Shown here: in pieces, positions 25,184-32,000 of the stretch | Layout: every line of letters starts with the position of its first letter | Numbering within the stretch: the first letter of the stretch is position 1 | Source of the DNA: Nitrosospira multiformis ATCC 25196 | Lineage (GTDB): Bacteria; Pseudomonadota; Gammaproteobacteria; Burkholderiales; Nitrosomonadaceae | Direction of reading: 5' to 3' | Assembly (NCBI RefSeq): GCF_000196355.1 | Contig: NC_007614.1 | Location: 1,290,001 to 1,322,000, forward strand | Length of the DNA stretch: 32,000 nt | Notes under the pieces: generated by a model | Told to the model about the DNA's origin: nothing | Databases searched by the model: none | What the model saw: only the letters and a program-made list of their open reading frames with translations | Program-made: the position numbers and the translations under genes

Positions 25184-27034
25184 TTATCTGCCACGCATGA
25201 ACATCTTATCCAGGTCAGTGCGGCTGATCTCAAACCATGTGGGCCTGCCGTGATTACACTGGCCGGAACGTTCAGTGATTTCCATTTCACGCAGCAGTGC
25301 ATTCATTTCCGGAATGCTCAGGCTACGGTTAGCCCGAATCGCTCCATGGCAGGCCATGGTGGCGAGGAGTTCGTTTCGCCTGCTGACAAGTACCTGACTC
25401 CCTCCAAATTCCCGGATTTCATTCAATACGTCACGCGCGAGGGTCACCACATCGGCATCCTTGAGCGCGGCCGGTACGGCTCGTACCGCGAGCATCACCG
25501 GTGAGAAGGGGGAGATCTCGAATCCGATATCATGCAAAACCGCACTGTTTTCTTCCGCCGTGGCGATATCCTGGCTATCTGCCCGGAATGCGGCCGGAAT
25601 CAGCAGGGGCTGCATGGAGAGCGTGTGGTTGTCGAGCGCCGACTTGAGTTTCTCGTACAGGATGCGTTCGTGCGCGGCGTGCATATCCACGATAAGCAGG
25701 CCTCTTTCATTCTGCGACAGGATGTAGACGCCGAGAAGCTGCGCCAGCGCGAATCCCAATGGCGGGATTTCCGGTTCCCGAACAGTCCCTTCCGGCTTCA
25801 TGAAGGCAGATTGCCCATTGATCCCAGCCTGATATCCAGTCTGACGAGTGCCGGCATTGGAATCGGAACCGAAAAGCACCTGGTAGAAAGCCTGCGGTTG
25901 AGCCGCTTTTATCTGAGGCGCCGCCGAGGCAAAAGGAATCGCATCCTGCCGGGAATAAGCGGGAGGTGCAAGGGATACTTCTCCGGCTGCCTTCCGGGTG
26001 AATTCAGGAAGTTTCCCGGCTACAGGTACTGCTGCTCCACCCGTCAGGTGCGGCATGGCCAGAGCCTTGTCAACCGTATGAAAGATGAATTGATGGAGCG
26101 CACGCGGATCGCGGAATCTCACCTCCGTTTTGCTTGGGTGCACGTTAACGTCCACACCGCCCCCATTTATTTCCAGGAATAGTACAAACGCCGGATGCCG
26201 ATCCAGATGGAGGATGTCGCGATAGGCTTCGCGCAGGGCGTGGGCAACGAGTTTGTCACGTACGAAACGCCCATTGACGAAGAAATATTGGGCATCGCCA
26301 GAAGACCGGCTGTAGGCAGGGAGTGCGGCCATGCCCCATAACCGTAGATCCGCTGCCTGATCATCGACGAATACCGAGGCCTGACTGAATTCATCTCCTA
26401 ATACTGCAGCAATGCGCAGTCTTGCATCCGCTGTCCGCAAATGGCTGCGTACAGTGCCATTGTGCTGCAAGGTGAAACCGACGCTGGGCCGTGAGAGGGC
26501 AATACGCTTGAACACGCTCTCGCAATGCGCAAATTCGGTAGCTTCTGTTTTCAGAAATTTCCGCCGGGCGGGAGTGTTGAAGTAGAGATCGCGCATTTCC
26601 ACGGCTGTTCCCTGGGCGAACGCAGCAGGCTCAGGCGGGGTGAACCGTCCTGCTTCCGCCTCTATCCGCCAGGCGTGCTTATCTCCCGCGCTGCGGCTTA
26701 CCAGAGCCAGCCGGGAAACGGAAGCGATGCTTGCAAGCGCTTCGCCGCGAAAACCCAAACTGGGCACATTCTGCAAATCCTCCAGAGTCCTTATCTTGCT
26801 GGTGGCGTGGCGGGCAAGTGCAAGGGGCAGGTCTTCTCCGGAAATTCCCGCGCCATTGTCTGCCACCCGCACAAGCTTGACACCGCCCTGGAAAAGCTGC
26901 ACCGTTACTTCGGTTGCTCCCGCATCGAGGCTGTTTTCCAGTAGTTCCTTGAGCGCCGAAGCGGGACGTTCAACGACTTCTCCCGCCGCAATCTGGCTGA
27001 TGAGAAGATCGGGCAGGGGTTGGATTGCATTCAT
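25184..27034 (-). CDS. mutL: DNA mismatch repair protein MutL
   Basis: N-terminal GHKL ATPase motifs are present (IAAGEVVERPASALKELLENSLDAG, DNGAGI, GFRGEAL). A proline-rich linker and a C-terminal dimerisation domain follow. It is 616 aa. Confidence 0.95.
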   Translation of the reverse strand: MNAIQPLPDLLISQIAAGEVVERPASALKELLENSLDAGATEVTVQLFQGGVKLVRVADNGAGISGEDLPLALARHATSKIRTLEDLQNVPSLGFRGEALASIASVSRLALVSRSAGDKHAWRIEAEAGRFTPPEPAAFAQGTAVEMRDLYFNTPARRKFLKTEATEFAHCESVFKRIALSRPSVGFTLQHNGTVRSHLRTADARLRIAAVLGDEFSQASVFVDDQAADLRLWGMAALPAYSRSSGDAQYFFVNGRFVRDKLVAHALREAYRDILHLDRHPAFVLFLEINGGGVDVNVHPSKTEVRFRDPRALHQFIFHTVDKALAMPHLTGGAAVPVAGKLPEFTRKAAGEVSLAPPAYSRQDAIPFASAAPQIKAAQPQAFYQVLFGSDSNAGTRQTGYQAGINGQSAFMKPEGTVREPEIPPLGFALAQLLGVYILSQNERGLLIVDMHAAHERILYEKLKSALDNHTLSMQPLLIPAAFRADSQDIATAEENSAVLHDIGFEISPFSPVMLAVRAVPAALKDADVVTLARDVLNEIREFGGSQVLVSRRNELLATMACHGAIRANRSLSIPEMNALLREMEITERSGQCNHGRPTWFEISRTDLDKMFMRGR

Positions 27035-27170
27035 GGCTGATCACATTGGCAGGGCATCTCTTCATTATACTGCCCGGAGCCGAAAAGCCCTGAACAAGTC
27101 TCCTGCAGATTTCGCCTGTCGCTCGTATGTCGCGCTGCCCCGCTCTCGTTTGCGCAGCTAAAAGACGGCT

Positions 27171-27200
27171 GGCAGGGGGTGGCAGGTGGCAGGTGGCAGG
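27171..27200. repeat. Heptamer microrepeat (GGTGGCA x3, preceded by GGCAGGG)
   Basis: Read directly in the cysB-mutL intergenic region. Confidence 0.9.
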
Positions 27201-27315
27201 AGAGGCGGGAAGCGATGATTAACACGAAGGTGAGGGGAGGCAAAGAACGGATGAAAGGATCGATGAAAAGGGAACAGTAAAACGGGGACGGGTGAAACGC
27301 TGTTTCCGTTCGCTA

Positions 27316-27363
27316 CCCTATGTGCCCTTATGTACCCGTATGTACCTTATACCCGCTATGCCC
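27316..27363. repeat. Phased 9-10-bp direct repeats (CCTATGTGCC / CTTATGTACC / CGTATGTACC / ..GCTATGCCC)
   Basis: Read directly, immediately downstream of the cysB-family gene stop. Confidence 0.85.
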
Positions 27364-27372
27364 ATTTGCCGT

Positions 27373-28299
27373 TTATGGACGTTCGGTCATGGCCGCCGCA
27401 ACGGTTGCCCGGTCAAGATGGGGGGCAAACATTTCGATGAAATCATATACGTATTTGCGCAGATAACTGTTGCGGCTGATACCAATGCGTGTCGTGCTGG
27501 GTTCGAACAGATGGCTGGCGTCAATGGCTCGCAAATGCCTGTCGCGCGAAGGTTCAAACGCCATCTGCGCCAGTATCCCGATTCCCAGTCCCAGTTCCAC
27601 ATAGGTTTTAATGACATCCGCATCAATCGCCGTGAGCACGACATTGGGGACCAGGCCTTTTGCATCGAATGCCTGATTGATCTTCGAGCGGCCGGTGAAT
27701 GCAAAATCATAAGTGATGATCGGATGCTCGGCGATTGCTTCCAGTGTCAATCCCTTGAGTTTGAGCAGCGGATGCCTAGGCGGAACAATTACGCAGCGGT
27801 TCCACTGGTAGCAGGGCAGCATGACGAGTTCGCTGAACAGTTCGATTGCTTCCGTGGCAATCGCTATATCGGCCACTCCGGAGGTGACCAGTTCAGCGAT
27901 CTGTGTCGGATTGCCCTGGCGTAAAACCAGTCGCACCTTGGGGTAGCGTGCGGTAAAATGCTGAATTGCGGAAGGCAGTGCATACCGCGCTTGTGTATGG
28001 GTCGTCGCGATCGTCAGAGAGCCGCTGGCTTCATTGGCAAATTCCTGCCCCACCTGCTTCAGGTTTTTTGCGTCTCTTAACATTCTTTCGGCAATTTCAA
28101 GAATCGCCCGGCCGGGCGGCGTGGTTTCGACCACCCGCTTGCCGTTCCGTACAAAAATATCCACCCCCAATTCGTTTTCCAGCAGGCGGATCTGCTTGCT
28201 GATGCCGGGCTGGGAGGTATGGAGAATTTCCGCCGCCTTGGATAAGTTCAAGCCCTGGTTGGCGACTTCGCATAGATAACGTAATTGCTGCAATTTCAT
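27373..28299 (-). CDS. cysB: LysR-type transcriptional regulator, CysB family
   Basis: It starts MKLQQLRYLCEVANQGLNLSKAAEILHTSQPGISKQIRLLENELG (wHTH), followed by ..SGSLTIATTHTQARYALP, as in CysB/Cbl. It is divergent from sulfate-assimilation genes. I cannot tell from sequence alone whether it is CysB proper or a Cbl/SsuR-like paralogue. Confidence 0.8.
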   Translation of the reverse strand: MKLQQLRYLCEVANQGLNLSKAAEILHTSQPGISKQIRLLENELGVDIFVRNGKRVVETTPPGRAILEIAERMLRDAKNLKQVGQEFANEASGSLTIATTHTQARYALPSAIQHFTARYPKVRLVLRQGNPTQIAELVTSGVADIAIATEAIELFSELVMLPCYQWNRCVIVPPRHPLLKLKGLTLEAIAEHPIITYDFAFTGRSKINQAFDAKGLVPNVVLTAIDADVIKTYVELGLGIGILAQMAFEPSRDRHLRAIDASHLFEPSTTRIGISRNSYLRKYVYDFIEMFAPHLDRATVAAAMTERP

Positions 28300-28324
28300 G
28301 AGTCGTGATCTAAATAATGTTTGG

Positions 28325-28343
28325 TTATGTTAATCTAACATAA
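28325..28343. promoter_or_regulatory. LTTR-box-like perfect inverted repeat (TTATGTTA-ATC-TAACATAA; contains T-N11-A)
   Basis: Read directly, 26-44 nt upstream of the cysB-family start, in the divergent cysB/cysI control region. Confidence 0.5.
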
Positions 28344-28484
28344 TATTCTTTCACGATATATATGTTCATTGCTATTATCGCGTTTTCGATGCATCATGCG
28401 CGGTTTCCTGCTCCTCGCATGTGTGGGCGAAGCGGGGAGAGGTGATGGGATATGGCAGACACAGTGGAATAGTGGAGGACGTAA

Positions 28485-30578
28485 ATGGGTTATCTGGATA
28501 ACCTCGCAAATGACGGGGAAATAGCTTTGTACGATCAGTCGGTACAGGAGTACCGCGATCTGAAAATGGATGTTACGCGCTTTACTGCCGGCCGCCTTCA
28601 AATGGGGATTTATGGCCAGCGGCAGGAAGGGGTCAACATGGTGCGTATCAAGCTGCCCGGCGGACGGGTATCCGCTCCGAAACTGAGAACGATCGCCTCC
28701 GCCTTGGAGAAATTTTCCCGGCACGATGTGGTCCATATCACCACGCGCCAGGATATCCAGATGCATTACGTGCCCCTGGAGCAAACACCGGCCACCCTGC
28801 GCCACTTGGCGGAAGGGGGGTTGACCACCCGCGAGGCCTGCGGCAATACGATACGGAATATAACGACTTGCCCGCTTTCCGGGGTGTGTCCTCGCCAGCA
28901 TACCGACGTCACCCATCACCTGGAGGGAACGGTGCGGCATATGCTGCGCAATCCCTTGACGCAGCAGATGCCGCGCAAGTTCAAGATCAGCCTGTCAGCG
29001 TGCGAGGCTGATTGTGCGCAGGGGATGATGCATGATCTCGGGGCCATCGCGGTACGCAATGGGGAGCACTTCGGCTTCAAGGTTGTTGCGGGCGGTGGTC
29101 TCGGACACAAGCCGCATGAAGCTATCGTTGTAGAAGAATTCATCGAGGAGAAGGATCTGCTGGCGGTGATGGAAGCAGTGATTCAACTGCACAACCGCTA
29201 TTCGGATCGTACCAAACGCGCGAAATCGCGAATCAAGTTTCTGGTGGACAAATTCGGTCCTGAAGGGTTTGTCGAAAAATATCGCGAAGAGTTGGTGCGT
29301 ACCAAATCGGCACTGGCAAACATTGATTACCCGAAAGGCGAATGGAGTCCCGGCAAGGAGGGGGAAGCGCCAGGCATTGGCGCCCCGCGCCGTATTTTCC
29401 CGCAGAAACAGGCAGGCTACTATGTATTCCCCATCAGCGTGCCGATGGGCAACCTGAACGCAAGCCAATTGCGCGCCCTCGCCGATATCTGTGACACCTT
29501 CGAGTTGCCCGATATCCGCACAAGCCAGGATCAGAACATGTTCCTGTCAGACGTGCCCGAAGCCAAAATCGAGCCCCTGCGCGCTGCCCTTGCTGCGTTG
29601 GGATTGGGAGTGCCGAAGGCGGGCGATGATGTGGTGGCCTGTCCGGGAACATCGACGTGCCGTTTGGGGATTACTTCCAGCACGATCGTGGGACCCAAAC
29701 TGAGCGGGGGCGAGCATGACCTGAAGATACGGGTATCAGGATGTCATAATGGCTGCGCACAGCCGGAAGCGGGAGATATCGGCATCTACGGTGAAGGCAA
29801 GCGCATGCACGGCAAACTCGTGCCGCATTACCAGATGCACTTCGGGGGTAATGGGATGGCGCGCGGCGCGCTGGCGTTCAAAGGCCCATCGATACCGACA
29901 GCGCGTATCGAGGAGGCGGTGAAACGGGTGCAATCGGCTTTTTCAGCTACACGTGAAGCGGATGAGCCATTCTTTTCCTGGGCGCATCGGAAGGATAAAG
30001 CCTATTTCAATGATCTGCTGGCGGATCTGGTGGAGGTCAAGCCCGAACAAGTGGAATCTGTTCTACGCGATCATGGCCAGAAGGCTGATTTCAAGGTGTT
30101 GCAATTGGGCGGGGGTGAGTGTGCGGGCATAGTACAGACAAGGACGGGCACGAGCTTTTTCGAAGCGGCACATGAGCGCAATTATCGGGATGCGCTCAAG
30201 TTTCAACTGAAATTTGCCGATTCTGTTGGGTGCGCCGAAGAAATTGCGCGCCTGCTCGCACAAGGTACGCTGGAACTGATTGGCGGCCAGAAGCGCGACG
30301 ACTTGTCGGATTTGGCGGAGGAATTCCGACGTTTGCTGCCCACCAAGCCGCGGCTGTCCCGGCAGTTGGCCAAATTTGCGGAAGATTTCGCGAGCCCTGC
30401 GGAAGAGTTGAATGACGCTCGCCTGACCGAGTGGTTTGCCGAATTGGATACGTGGACGATGGAGGTCGCGCAGTTCTGCCTGGATTTCGACCGTGGGCTC
30501 GATCTGGAGGGTGCGCTGCCGAGGCCGCTTCCCGCGAAGTCAGCGTTGGGACGGGTACCTTCATCGGCAACTGTCTGA
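28485..30578 (+). CDS. cysI: Siroheme/[4Fe-4S] sulfite (nitrite/sulfite) reductase hemoprotein with a C-terminal extension
   Basis: GGAGGA SD lies 5 nt upstream. Two NIR_SIR-type halves are present. C-x5-C...C-x3-C motifs occur at residues 129/135/172/176 and at 386/392/420/424. At 697 aa it is about 130-170 aa longer than the enzymes I know. It sits upstream of cysH and cysD. Confidence 0.85.
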   Translation: MGYLDNLANDGEIALYDQSVQEYRDLKMDVTRFTAGRLQMGIYGQRQEGVNMVRIKLPGGRVSAPKLRTIASALEKFSRHDVVHITTRQDIQMHYVPLEQTPATLRHLAEGGLTTREACGNTIRNITTCPLSGVCPRQHTDVTHHLEGTVRHMLRNPLTQQMPRKFKISLSACEADCAQGMMHDLGAIAVRNGEHFGFKVVAGGGLGHKPHEAIVVEEFIEEKDLLAVMEAVIQLHNRYSDRTKRAKSRIKFLVDKFGPEGFVEKYREELVRTKSALANIDYPKGEWSPGKEGEAPGIGAPRRIFPQKQAGYYVFPISVPMGNLNASQLRALADICDTFELPDIRTSQDQNMFLSDVPEAKIEPLRAALAALGLGVPKAGDDVVACPGTSTCRLGITSSTIVGPKLSGGEHDLKIRVSGCHNGCAQPEAGDIGIYGEGKRMHGKLVPHYQMHFGGNGMARGALAFKGPSIPTARIEEAVKRVQSAFSATREADEPFFSWAHRKDKAYFNDLLADLVEVKPEQVESVLRDHGQKADFKVLQLGGGECAGIVQTRTGTSFFEAAHERNYRDALKFQLKFADSVGCAEEIARLLAQGTLELIGGQKRDDLSDLAEEFRRLLPTKPRLSRQLAKFAEDFASPAEELNDARLTEWFAELDTWTMEVAQFCLDFDRGLDLEGALPRPLPAKSALGRVPSSATV

Positions 30579-30620
30579 TTAACTCGATGAATGATTGGCC
30601 GGGAATGATTGGTTGAGGAC

Positions 30621-31379
30621 ATGAGCCTGGATCAAAAAATTGCAGAGGTGCGAACCCTGCTCGAGAGGGTGCAGAAAGATTATTTGCCTGCCACTTTCGC
30701 AAACAGTTTCGGCGCTGAGGATATGGTGCTGACCGATCTCATTGCGCGGCATTATCCGGATATCGAAATGTTCACATTGGATACCGGACGGCTTCCGCAG
30801 GAAACCTATGACCTCATGCAGCAGGTTACCGAGCGGTACGGCATCCGGATTCCAGTCTATTTTCCGGATGCTGCCGCAGTGGAAGCGTACGTGGCGCAGA
30901 ACGGCCCCAATGCGTTTTACGACAGCGTGGATTTGCGCAAGAAGTGCTGCCACATCCGCAAGGTCGAACCATTGAAACGGGCCTTGAGGGATAAGCGCGC
31001 ATGGATTACCGGTTTGCGCCGGGATCAGGCGCCCACGCGGAAGGGTTTGGTCGAATCGGAGTTCGATGCCGAGAACGGTCTGCAAAAATTCAGCCCTTTG
31101 CTGGACTGGAGCCAGGCTGACGTGTGGGCGTATCTCAAGCAGTTCGATGTGCCATACAACGCTCTGCACGACAAAGGTTACACGAGTATCGGATGCGCTC
31201 CTTGCACTCGCGCCATTACCCCCGGTGAGGATGTTCGTGCGGGCCGCTGGTGGTGGGAGGATCCGGAAATCAAGGAATGTGGCCTGCATCCTGGCAAAAA
31301 ACGCGGCGCCCATAATATCGCCAGCGCAACTACTGCCGGTTCAGGCGCGGCAGTAAAGGATCTGGCTGTTTCAGACTGA
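30621..31379 (+). CDS. cysH: Adenylylsulfate (APS) reductase, thioredoxin-dependent (CysH family with Fe-S motif)
   Basis: It has a PAPS_reduct fold, the KKCCHIRKVEPL and GCAPCT cysteine pairs (the CC...CxxC signature of APS-type enzymes), and the catalytic ECGLH. The start is ATG 30621 or TTG 30609. Confidence 0.88.
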   Translation: MSLDQKIAEVRTLLERVQKDYLPATFANSFGAEDMVLTDLIARHYPDIEMFTLDTGRLPQETYDLMQQVTERYGIRIPVYFPDAAAVEAYVAQNGPNAFYDSVDLRKKCCHIRKVEPLKRALRDKRAWITGLRRDQAPTRKGLVESEFDAENGLQKFSPLLDWSQADVWAYLKQFDVPYNALHDKGYTSIGCAPCTRAITPGEDVRAGRWWWEDPEIKECGLHPGKKRGAHNIASATTAGSGAAVKDLAVSD

Positions 31380-31566
31380 ATACGGGATCCCGGAAAGCGG
31401 GAATAAAAGACATCGGCGGGCACAGTAGGAATAATAAGCAGGGATAGTAGGGACGAAGGAATTGCGTGGAGCGCCTCCTGAACTGAATGGGGATTGTTTG
31501 ATGGACGTTATTTTGAATCAAATGGATGAATTTGCACCTGTTGCAGGACCGGTTGCAGGTCTTGTG

Positions 31567-32000
31567 ATGAAGAATGAACCCGTCGTCATCAAGCGGCGTG
31601 CCGCGCGACAACTTAGCCACCTTGAAGCACTGGAAAGCGAAGCAATCCATATCATGCGCGAGGTCGCGGCCGAGTGTGCCAATCCAGCTCTACTCTTTTC
31701 CGGTGGCAAGGACTCGATTGTTCTTCTGCGTCTGGCGGAAAAGGCTTTCCGTCCCGGACGTTTCCCGTTTCCTTTGATGCATGTCGATACCGGCCATAAT
31801 TTTCCGGAAGTGATCGAGTTTCGTGACCGCCGTGTCAAACAGCTCGGTGAGCGCTTAATTGTTGCCAGCATGGAAGACTCGATCAAGCAGGGAAGGGTGG
31901 TGCTGCGCTCGGAAAATCAGAGCCGTAATCCCTTTCAATCCGTGACGCTGCTGGATGCCATCGCCGAACACGGTTTCGATGCCTGCATTGGCGGCGCCCG
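31567..32000 (+). CDS. cysD: Sulfate adenylyltransferase subunit 2 (5' part; runs off the window)
   Basis: My own translation is ..LSHLEALESEAIHIMREVAAECANPALLFSGGKDSIVLLRLAEKAFRPGRFPFPLMHVDTGHNFPEVIEFRD.., with the PP-loop SGGKDS. An in-frame ATG at 31501 is an alternative start. Confidence 0.88.
   Translation, partial: MKNEPVVIKRRAARQLSHLEALESEAIHIMREVAAECANPALLFSGGKDSIVLLRLAEKAFRPGRFPFPLMHVDTGHNFPEVIEFRDRRVKQLGERLIVASMEDSIKQGRVVLRSENQSRNPFQSVTLLDAIAEHGFDACIGGA

Noticed and set aside
25069-25302. An N-terminal extension of the roxA-like track ORF.
   Set aside because: It overlaps the 3' end of mutL. The homologous N-terminus (MTKIRLLGG..) starts at 25068.
25532-26182. A 216-aa plus-strand ORF, with others antisense to mutL.
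   Set aside because: These are shadow ORFs of a well-supported gene.
27171-27200. The heptamer repeats, considered as a possible CRISPR or other array.
   Set aside because: The units are only 7 bp, contiguous and without spacers. This is a microsatellite, not a CRISPR.
27292-27924. A 210-aa plus-strand ORF.
   Set aside because: It is antisense to the CysB-family gene. It is a shadow ORF.
28335-28940. A 201-aa minus-strand ORF.
   Set aside because: It spans the divergent promoter region and is antisense to the cysI 5' end. It has no motif.
30589-30612. The 10-mer GAATGATTGG repeated 14 nt apart at the cysI stop/cysH start junction.
   Set aside because: It is short, not tandem, and could easily be chance. 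I note it only as a possible source of start-codon ambiguity for cysH.
30579-31313. A 244-aa minus-strand ORF.
   Set aside because: It is antisense to cysH. It is a shadow ORF.

Overview
This 32 kb window looks like proteobacterial core chromosome. From gene order and sequence style I would guess a betaproteobacterium, but I cannot verify that here. No searches were run; everything below comes from reading the sequence and the ORF track.

Layout:
1. 142-8137: a housekeeping and envelope block. ctpA, envC and gpmA are on the minus strand. A yibN-like rhodanese, grxC, secB, an SH3 protein and gpsA are on the plus strand, followed by trmL and comF.
2. 8176-13098: a complete biotin operon, bioB-F-H-C-D, behind a good sigma70-type promoter.
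3. About 13.1-18.3 kb: a patch that looks AT-richer by eye and seems accessory.
   - It opens with a frameshifted C-terminal remnant of an IS91-family transposase.
   - Next come a DJ-1/PfpI-like gene, a cspA-like gene and two small unknown ORFs.
   - A possible degraded HNH/EndoVII-like toxin tip sits upstream of a DUF1629/Imm11-like immunity-type gene that carries an internal tandem duplication.
   - The patch ends with a DUF360/holin-4-like membrane protein.
4. 18742-22030: a REC-PAS-GGDEF-EAL protein and an MBL-fold hydrolase.
5. 22.1-23.7 kb: four tandem genes for small low-complexity lipoproteins, each with its own promoter; three of the four have a clear terminator. One falls below the ORF-track size cutoff.
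6. A roxA/ycfD-like cupin and mutL.
7. A sulfate-assimilation cluster: a CysB-family regulator divergent from an unusually long sulfite reductase, an APS-reductase-type cysH, and the 5' part of cysD.

I found no rRNA, tRNA, CRISPR array, intact mobile element or recognisable complete defence system.

The best candidates for something undescribed are:
- (a) the four-gene lipoprotein array;
- (b) the orphan toxin-remnant/immunity module with a duplicated immunity core;
- (c) the sulfite reductase, which has complete Cys motifs in both halves plus a C-terminal extension of about 170 aa.

None of these is proven.
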